Of a stretch of 64,000 nucleotides of DNA, positions 51,980 to 61,551 are shown piece after piece. Position numbers and translations under genes: made by a program. A model generated the notes under the pieces. It worked only from the letters and a program-made list of their open reading frames with translations. It did not search any database and had not been told where the DNA came from. Every line of letters starts with the position of its first letter. Positions within the stretch are counted from its first letter, which is position 1. Location: NCBI GenBank assembly GCA_051294375.1, contig CM119268.1:23261762-23325761 (forward strand), written 5' to 3'. The DNA is from Paraspadella gotoi. Its lineage: Eukaryota > Animalia > Chaetognatha.

Positions 51980-53216
51980 AGTTGCGCTTTTGTCTACCAA
52001 TGATTTTCCCTTTTGTGCAAAACAACGCCGCCAGGCGGACAAAAAAAACTTTCCTCTTTTTATCCACCTCCTCCTCCTCCTCCTCGCGAAGATATTTCAA
52101 AACACAAACAAACAAACAGTAAACAAAGAATCAGAAAAAGCGATAGAGAGAGTGAGAGAGAAATGTTTTTTTCTTTTTATTTCGCACAAACACAAACAAA
52201 GGAGACGGAAGAACAATTCGAGAATAAAGCGGAAAGGAGGGCGATGGGTAGGGAGAGAGAGAGAGGGAGAGATAAAGAGGGAGAGAGGGAAGGGAGAGAG
52301 GGAGAAGGGGAGGAAAAGGGAGAGAGGGAAGGGAAGATGGAGAAGGAGAGGGAGAGATGAGAGAGGGAGAAGTGGGGAAGGGAGAGAGGGAGAACCGGAG
52401 GTAGAGGAAGAGAGAGAAGGGGGTGAGGGGAGAAGAGTGATAAAGAGGTCGAGAGGAGGTAGAAGGGGAGGGAGAGAGGAAAAAGAGAGAATGGGAGGGA
52501 AAGAAGAGAGAGAGAGAAGGGGAGGGAGAGGGAGGGAGAGAGGGAGGAAGGGAGGAAAAAGAGAGAGCGGAAAGGAAGGGAGGGGGAGATGTCACAAACA
52601 TTTAAAAGTTTATGAACAAAATAAATAACTTTGCTAAATTTAAAATTACATTCCTGTTGAAAGTTTAGGACTTAAATTTTTAAACCAAAGTTTTCTCCAA
52701 AAAAATAAACAAATGATATTAAATGTTTGGAGTTGAAGTTGAAATCCTTCACCAAATGAATTTCTTGCAGTCAACATTGAAATTACTTTCACAACTCAGT
52801 CGTAATGAATTTTGAAACAAAGACGAGGGCAACAGAATTCTAGGCCTGAAAATCCTGCCCCTGGTGGAGATTTTAAAAAACAAACAAGAACTGTGACAAA
52901 CATTAATTTGTTTATTCATTCAGATTTACTCAATTCAAATTCAAATTCATTCATTCATTCAAATTAATTTTAATTATTTGATTCATTGTTTCATTGATTC
53001 ATTCTTTCATTATATATTTATTCATTCTTTTAATCATTCTTCCTTCATTCATTTTATTCAATTTATTGACGAAAAAACATTTAAATTAAAAAAAAAAATT
53101 TCATTGTATTATTACTTTTTATACTCATTAAGACTAGTTCCTTGTATTTCTACTTCTCTCTTGATAATTCTCTCCTTCCCTTCTTTTCCTTCCTCCTCCT
53201 TCTCCTCCTCCTCTCC

Positions 53217-56200
53217 TCATGCCTTTCTCTTCCTATGCATCTTCGCGCTCAAGATACAGATGGCGAGCAGGTGCAGGCCCAAAGCGATGGCAGCCATGGC
53301 GAGAAAGTTCCTCATCACGTGACTCGGCTGAAAGTCGAAGCTGCGGAGAACGTCTTTGCCCTGGACGAAGTTGCTGCAGGAGTGAGAGTTGCTGGGGTGA
53401 GCGATGCTGTAGCAGTTGACGTCGAGGCTGGAGCGGATGCCGTCCATAATCAAGTGGATCTCCGCCTAGAGAATGAATTGCAGCCTGTGGTTTCATTTCT
53501 GATGAGATTGATTTTTTTTAATCTCATTTACATATTATAGCCATTGAGGTTATTTCTCATGTCTTTTGATACGATTTTTATAGAAATATTATTATACTAT
53601 TTTAGGGATACTTATAATTCAAATCTTATTTAGCTATGAAATTAGTTCAGCCATTTTAAAAATCATCCATTCATTTAATAAATAAGCTATCTTGCCCATG
53701 ACTTTGGACAAGCTTTGGCCTCCATCCCGTGTGGGAGGAATTCCATGTGGAAGGAATCCCCATCCCTCTTTTCCGCTGACCCTGCTTTTGCCTTTTTCCT
53801 TCATGAATCCCCTTCTCATTCTTTGAAAGAATGTTCCCTCTTTTTTTTAACCTAATTCTTTCCTTTTCTCCCGATTCTTCCATGTTTCCCTCTCACCTGA
53901 ATCCTCCCCTTTTTCTCTCTCACCTGAATCCTCCCCTTTTTCTCTCTCACCTGAATCCTCCCCTTTTTCTCTCTCACCTGAATCTTCCTCTTTGCCACTG
54001 CCGTCCCTGCCTTGGCCTTCTCCGCCTCCAATCCTTCCACCTTCATGAATCCTCGCCTCATCCCGCGAATCTCCTCTTTGCTTCCGGGTTTGCAAGGAGC
54101 GTCAAGTCCATTGTAAACGGCAACCATCTCAGTCTCGAGGGCATAGTAGTAGAATGAGAGGTACTGGAGTGGGAGGGGAGAGAGGAAATGAAGGAAAGGG
54201 GGAGAAAAAGGTAGAAGAAGGAGAGATACTTTGATGAAGGAAGGAATTAAGGGAGGGGGAAGTATTTAAAAAGAAATTTGGGAGAAAAGACGGAATAGGT
54301 AAAGATGCTGAGAGGAAAGAAGGAAACTATAATAATATAAATTTTGAAGCAGGAAACAAAGGGGTATTATTAAAAAAGAATTTAAGGCACTATGAAATGG
54401 CAAAATTATGAAAAGAGGATAAAGATTCAGAAGAAGCCTAATTTGGGGATAAAGACCAAAAAGAGACACATCCACCTGAAACATGATGAAGTAAGTAGGA
54501 ATGTCTTTGACGACAATGAGGAATCCACTGAAGAGGAAGACGAGAGAAACAATTGGAGACACAAGCGTAGTCGCTACTCGGAAGGAGTTGGTCAGACTCG
54601 AAGCGAAGAAACCCAATGCAGTGCCGAGCAATGTAAGCATGAGAGTTATGGCAAGGATCATTGGGTAGACCGAGGCGTTGTCTATCCCTGCACTCTAGGG
54701 GAAAAGGGAAGGGTGAAAGTGGGAAGAGGAACTTGGTTTAATGTTAGAGACAAATAGACTGAGAAAAGATCTTATCAACATCAACACAACTGGAGAAACT
54801 TGGATCAAGTTATAACTTTTGAAGAATCTTCAATTACTTGTGGTCGTCCATCGGGATGACTGAACACCATCCAGTAAATGATGTTGACCACAATGAGCAG
54901 AGTAATAACTGTCTCAATAGTGAAGAAGAGACAGACGGACTAGACAGGGATGTTGTAACGCCGCTTAAGTAGTCTCTAAGGAATGAAAATACAGTGACAA
55001 ATTATCTATAAGATAATAAAGTACAGAAGCTTGCTAGCTTCCAGTGTAGTACAAAATAAATATAAAATTTTGAATATGTCATATACATCAATATGTTAAA
55101 TATTATAACCTGGTGAGTATGTTTATGTTCTCTGGGATAATGAGGATTAGAAGCATGACGGTGCTCATAGTCACAAAGATATCAATTGCAAATAGGACAC
55201 CAGGGACACTCATCAATGTCCCCATCTGGCGAAAGTCGAGTTGGAACCACGTGATGCCGATGATGAGACTCATGACTGCAGATGGAATAGAATTGCAATA
55301 AATTGGTCATTGGTGTTACAATGAAGCGTAGTGCTTTTTAATTCCAGTTAAAAACTAGCAAAATGAAAATCGTTCAGTTAAAAATCGAAATTTGGAAGTT
55401 TATAGAGAGGAGCTTAAACTAGGAGTTATTGAATTCCTCATAAAAGCCAAGCTAAGTGAGACTAACCCAAATTGACTCACAAAAGGACATGATCACGCGA
55501 AGGATGGCTGCTTGCGGTCCGCGAATCAACTCCAATGATTCGCGCCAGAAAATGTTTTCCATCTGTGAGATTCAAGTTTAAATCATGAACAGACTTAGAC
55601 TATCGTCAAACAAGTTCAGTGGTTGCGCCACAGCGTCTCTCTCAAGTGCACACATTATGATCTAACTTAAATTGATCTAACTAGCATTGATCAAACTTGA
55701 ATTGATCAAACTTGAATTGAGCAAACTTGAATTGATCAAACTTGAATTGATCTAACTTGAATTGATCTAACTTGTATTGATCTAACTTGAATTGATCTAA
55801 CCTGCCTCCAAAAAAGACAAAACTTTTCGTTACATGTTAACCGAAACTTCTTCTCATCGAAAGGACTAAATCCTGGGCGTTCAATTTGCTCTGAAATTTT
55901 CTGAAAGTTCAGCATTTGTGAATTAGTTTCTATTCACACTAATAGTTTGTAATAGAATTATTTAGTTTTATGTTTAACTTTTTCCTAGTTTTCACCACCT
56001 GCTTAATCATTTCATTCTCTTGACTGTTTTCAAATGCTTCAGACAGTTTCTTCAATCTATCCCGACATTGTTTTTCTTGGCCAGGGATAATGGCCAGAGT
56101 GAAGTTGTAGTGATCGACTGGGTTGTAGGAAGGAGGGCACGGAAAACCAGCTCGCTTGAACAAGGCCAAACAGTCTTTAGCTGTTCCAATAAATATGCAT

Positions 56201-59200
56201 CTTCCCTCGCCCATGATACAGATCTGTGACGTTAGGTCCAAGTTCTTGAATAGTTTTCAAAGCAGCAGGCAATTTTAAACAAACCTGATCAAAAAGCTGA
56301 AAGATCTCTGAGCTGGGCTGGTGAATGGTGCAGAGAATCGTTCTTCCTGTCTCAGCATAATTCTTCAAAATGTCCACAAGGGATCTCGCCATGAACGAGT
56401 CCAAACCGGTCGTCGGTTCATCGCAAAAAATTAATGTAGGTTTCGAAAGGATCTCCGTGGCAAAGGCCAGTCTCTTTGCCTCCCCGCCTGAGATTCCTGG
56501 CAAATAAAAACTATTCTAAACTAAATTAATTTCAAAACATATTCGTCAATTTTTCATATAACTCGCACCCAAGTTAACCATTCACATTCTTTGAGGCCTT
56601 AGGCCCCAACTGCGACCTCGATTAAACCTCAGCCTTTCACAGAGCACTGAGCTTTACATTCAGGCATTCAGACTTATTCAGTCACACAATTTGATTCACA
56701 TTATCGCACACCACATTCGAGTTCACCCTTAAACATTCCCGGTTTTCCAATCTTCACGTCTTCACACTTCTTCAGTCCCAATTGATTCAGGACCGTCTCC
56801 ACGCGTGCCTTCCGCTCTTTTTGCTTCGCCTTCTTCATCCGCAAGTTGCGTGGAATGTGAGATGTTCCTTGACCTTGAGTCCGCCCATAAAGATGTCATC
56901 TTGTTGCACGAACACCGAGCTTCTGCTCATACATTTCTGGTCCACTGGGAAGAAAGGGCACAGTGTTTAGGCGTTTATGGTTCCAGTCGAAACTAAATTG
57001 ATTCATAACAATTTTTATTTTTGTTCACAGAATTAATAGAAAATTCGCGCAAAATGTTATTGTTTTCTTTCTTTTTCACAATCTTGTATTTCAAAATTAA
57101 TTCATTAATTAATCCATTTGTGTTACTGGAAATATGCACACCTGTAACCACATGGTTAGGATTAAAGATAAGGTGATGGATTAGGTTAGGGATTAGGGTT
57201 ACGGATTAGAGACTCAGGGTTATGGTTAGGGATTCAGGTTAGAGATTAAAAGTGAGGGGTTTGTGTTTAAGAGAGCATCAAAGATATATAAATTAGGTTA
57301 AGGAATTAAAGAAGAGAAAGGGGACGTTTTTGGAAAAGAGAGCATTGAAGTTTTTACTCACCCGTATGTCCATTAAGCATGACCTTTCCTTCCACCGTGA
57401 GTCCTGTTCGGTTCCGGAAATTCAGGATGTTGAGCAGAGTCGTTTTTCCGGCGCCGGATGCTCCTATCATGGCCATGAGGCTGCAAGGTGACGCGATTCC
57501 ATCGACGCTGAAAAGAATTCTCTTTCCAGGGATTCGACCGCAACCTGAAGCAAAGGGGGGTGGAAATTATGGAGGCAACAATGTCAACTACAACAATAAC
57601 AACTTTGATAAAAACCACAACAAAACATCAATAATAACAAGGACAACAACAATCAAAACACAATTAAAACAACACTGGAACAATGATGACTAAAATAATG
57701 ACAACGAGAACGATTACATTGAACAATAATGAGGACCACAAATAACAACAATGAGGACAACAAATACACAAATGATAAAGAATACAACACTGGCTACGAT
57801 AGAAAGAACAACAAGGACAACAAAAACAATAATGTTAACAGCAAAATGATAACAATAACACGATGACAAAAATTAAAATGACGACGAAAATAAGAACAAA
57901 AACAAAAAATAATTATAAAATGACAATAATAATAACATAATAAAAACAAGAACAAAGAGCACAACAAAAACAATGATGGTATAATGAGATGACAAAAACT
58001 AAAATGACAATGACGACAAACAAAAACCTTTAGGTTCGTCGATACTTCAATTCCTTTCCAGGTCAAAGTCAGTCGATCTTCCTCTGGGATGAAGTCGTTA
58101 TCATTTCCCGACACTTTTGCCAACGCAGTATCTTCATTCTTGTTGATGTTGACCGATGAATGGCTAAAGACGAAATAGGTGAGGAATTGGGTTAGAGTGA
58201 GAGAGGGTCAGGTATATACAGCGGGCAATGACCCTGGTTCACACAAAACATTATTTGAAATATCATTGCAAGAGATCAATCTCACCAAAATCCCAAAAGG
58301 ATCAGAGGATCGGGAATGATAGGGAAGCCAGGTACTCTGAGCAGGGATGTGGAGCCGACCTAATTTTGTCTCGGCTCCAGCTCCGGCTCCAGCTCCAGGA
58401 CAAAATTTTTTCAGGCTCCAGCTCCGGCTCCCAGCAAAAATTTTTTTGGCTCTGGCTCCAGCTCGGGCTCCAGCAAAAATTTTTACTCAGCTCCGGCTCA
58501 TATTACTATGTATATAATTAAAATTTAAGAAAATAAATATTCATATTATATTCTTTAAACTATATAATTTATATTTTGAATATATTTAATATTTATTTTA
58601 TATTATATAATATATTTTAATTTTAAAAAATATATTTATATAATTAAAATTATTTTAAAAAATATTAAAATAACAAGAAAAATATTTTTTTTATTTTTTA
58701 ATGACATCCTCATTATTTGGTAAATTAACAGGGAATTACATTTAGCATTTTTGTTATGGTGATTTTACTTAAAACTCAGATTATGGTTAGGGTTGAGATA
58801 GTTTAGGATTAGATTTATGTTAGATTAGGGTTGAGATGGTTTGGTTTAGGGTTATGGTTGAGTTGGTAGTAATTAGGGTTAGGGTTGAGTAGTTTAGGGT
58901 TAGGGTTAAGGCCATCTGAAGCAATTAAGTCTTATTTAGAAATAATTGCCCCCAACCGTAATTCGAACCATCGAACTCAGGACTGACAGGCTTCAAGCCT
59001 AAACTCTCAGCCAACCAGTAGGCCTGATTTTCTCCCCAGCTAAATCGATTCTAATAGCTTTAAAAATCCGATTTCGATGCCTTTTCTTTTAAACCTAAAA
59101 GTCAGATTATATGGTAGACTAAAATCCACCAACCGTTCATCAGCGGCCATTGGTGCCGGAGACAAGTCATTCGCCTCCCAATCCAAAGGTCTGGGGTTTT

Positions 59201-61551
59201 AGCCCGGTGGCCACCTAGCAGTTAAGAGGGACGGGACGCTTAACCCGCCTGTAACACGGTGTTACAGCCTGATCCGAAGCTCAGGGACTGCATATATTGA
59301 ACGGTTCTTTCACTAACACATAACAATAATTACTGTCTCTTCAATTAATCCTTTAAAACTATAGATGGATTCGCGCCGTTTCAAATGATTTCTCAACTGA
59401 TTGTTTACTTTAAAACTTATTTTGATTGGTTTCATTCTCTCGGTTTTTACTAATGAAATAAATATTTAAATTACAACATTATAAATTCGTTTTTAATCAA
59501 ATTCTCAATGTAACTAACTACATTAATCAATGAGAAATGAATTCTGCATTAAAACTCATTGAATTGATTTTAAATCTCACAAAATGTTTTTAAACCTCAT
59601 CAAATTGATTAATCTCTCAATCAAATTAATTTTTTCATCAACAAATTAATTCAACAAAGTGAAACTAAATCGATAAGAAGTTAAACAATTATATCTAAAT
59701 CTCGTGCCACGTTTTCCCTGCTCTGCTTTGGTTAGGATTGGGAATGGGATTGGGAAGCCCGGGTTGGGGTTGGGGGAGAGGCCTGCTGTTGATGCTTCAA
59801 AGGCGGTTAGGGTTAGGGTTGAGGCACAGAGATATATGGGAAGCCCGGGCCCGAGTAAGGGTTAGAGTTGGGAGAGAGGTACGGAGTTGAACAAGAGGCT
59901 CGAGTTAGGGTTAGGGGAAGAGCCCGTGGTTGATGCGTCAAAGGCAGTTAGGGTTGGGTTGAGGCACAGAGATGTACTGGAGGCCAGGGCCTGGTTAAGG
60001 GTTAGGGAAGAGGAATGCAGTTGAACAGGAGGCCCGGGTAAGGGTTGGGGTGAGGAAAGTCTACAGTTGGAGCGTCGAAGGTGGTTAGGGTTGAGGCATG
60101 GAAATGTATGGGAGGCCTAAGTCCGGGTAAGAGTTAGGGTTGGGGGAAAGGCATGGAGATGTACGAGAGATTTGGGTTAGTGTTTATTTTTGAGGGAAGG
60201 GCCCGCAGGTAATGTATTTATCCCCATGTCTTAACTTCAGCCGCAAGCTTTTCCTTTAACTTGCGCCTTTCATTATATTCATTACTTTTATTACTGGCGA
60301 GGTCACCATTGAGGGTATTGGCGACACCACCAGGGCTTTGGCGATATGAACTGTTAACGCCAATGAAGACTGGAAACAAGAGTCGAAACATGTCCGTTGT
60401 TATTAAAAACAAATTCGTTGAAGAAGCAAATTTCAAACCTATTTTGTAATCTCTGTACTCAACGAAACAGAAAGGAATAATACAATGGCTATCATTTATA
60501 TTTATATATTAAGCTTTGTAAAAATGATAGATCTTATTTGATTTAAATTTTTGCTTGAAACAATTTAATGTTTCATATTAAAAGATTAAGTAATTTAAAA
60601 AAAACAAAACAAAAAACCAAAAAAACCCACTTTTTAGTAGGTTTTTTGGTTTTTTTAGCTGTTTTTTTTGTTTTTTTTTGTTGTTTTTTTTGGGTGGGTT
60701 TTTTAATGCCAACCCTGCAGGATACCCGAGTTTGGTTATTCCTTTCAGGCATATAATATACTATGAAAGATAAAAACTAATATGATAACTTGGTGGCTGT
60801 GGTATTCCTCCCACACGGGATTCCTCCCAACTGGATTCCTCCCACACGGGATTCCTCCCACGCCGGATTCCTCCCCATGGGATTCCTCCCACACGGGATT
60901 CCTCCCCGCGGGATTCCTCCCACACGGAATTCCTCCCCAAGGAATTCCTCCCACACGGGATTCCTCCCCATGGAATTCCTCCCCAGAGAATTCCTCCCAC
61001 ACGGGATTCCTCACACACGGGAGGAATCCCAATGGAACCATTATTATTATATACTTAATCTTATGTACAATAAATGTATAATATTATATAAAATATAAAA
61101 ATCAATATTATATTTTTTTAATTATTTTTTTAAATTTAATGATTATAATCTTATTTTATTTTTATGGAACTGAGCATTTTTATTTCGGCTCCGGCTCCAG
61201 CTCCGGCTCCAGCAAAAAAGCTCGGCTCCGGCGGCTCCAGCTCCGGCTCCGGCTCCACATCCCTGACTATGAGAGTGAATAAACGAGACTGTGAGAGAGT
61301 CTTGATTGAAAGCTTGCAGGAACCTTCTATGTCATTATCTTCTAAGAGTGATGGAGGCCTTAGACCACCAAAGCCTGTCCAATGTCAGGGGCAAGATATC
61401 TTATTAATTAAATAAATGGTTAATTTTTATAGACATCTGACCTGTCGATTTTTGCATCGTCTACATCTGTTATCCTCTCATCATCTGCATCTGTCATCCT
61501 CTCGTCGTCTGCATCTGTAATCTTTGCCTCTTTAGTAAAAAGATTGAACAT
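53217..61551 (-). CDS. White/scarlet-family ABCG half-transporter gene B2, 13 coding exons, complete from start to stop, with a few lesions
   Basis: Exons 61442-61551, 58028-58163, 57362-57544 (Walker [10 protein letters not shown]), 56727-56944, 56285-56496 ([24 protein letters not shown]), 55999-56223, 55802-55900, 55481-55562, 55110-55275, 54838-54975, 54476-54694, 53978-54163 and 53217-53465 (stop TGA). Splice phases join consistently apart from apparent small deletions near 58035, 56848 and 54950-54965. Confidence 0.9.
53890..53990. repeat. 27-bp minisatellite repeating the B2 exon-12 donor four times (three times in B1, 28075-28145)
   Basis: Unit CTCACCTGAATCCTCCCCTTTTTCTCT; the ORF track shows IQVREKKGR repeats. 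Confidence 0.92.
55657..55801. repeat. 15-bp minisatellite beginning at the B exon-7 donor
   Basis: Unit TTGAATTGATCTAAC, about 9-10 copies. On the minus strand each unit starts GTTAGA or GTTTGA. Also present in B1, where the MITE splits it. Confidence 0.9.
58948..59013 (-). other. tRNA-derived (SINE-head-like) remnant
   Basis: The minus strand has an A-box-like TGGCTGAGAGTTTAGG and a B-box-like GGTTCGAAT at tRNA spacing. No intact cloverleaf is evident. Confidence 0.4.
59725..60180 (+). repeat. G-rich ~135-140 bp tandem repeat (~3 units) containing TTAGGG motifs
   Basis: GGTTGAGGCAC/TG recurs at ~59817, ~59957 and ~60089, with many GGGTTAGGG runs. Confidence 0.7.
60800..61040. repeat. 15-17 bp minisatellite GGATTCCTCCC(C/A)..., inside the hAT element
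   Basis: Roughly 14 units such as GGGATTCCTCCCACAC. It generates the spurious ORFs at 60745-61098. Short relatives occur at ~27165 and ~53725. Confidence 0.88.

Larger units (their letters stand above)
58342..61265. mobile_element. Non-autonomous hAT-type TIR element (2.9 kb) in B2 intron 1
   Basis: 16-bp TIR CAGGGATGTGGAGCCG / CGGCTCCACATCCCTG, with subterminal (GCTCCG/GCTCCA)n arrays at both ends. Flanking 8-mers ACTCTGAG (58334-58341) and ACTATGAG (61266-61273) match 7/8, consistent with an 8-bp TSD. No transposase ORF seen. Confidence 0.85.

Noticed and set aside
59140-59220. Functional tRNA gene
   Set aside because: The B box is degenerate and no convincing acceptor stem is present; at most a SINE remnant.
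60745-61098. Five overlapping repetitive ORFs (GGIP/EESR/RNPV)
   Set aside because: They are products of a stop-free minisatellite read in several frames on both strands.
53217-61551. Assigning the symbol white or scarlet
   Set aside because: The family is clear, but the TM domain is too divergent to call orthology without a phylogeny.
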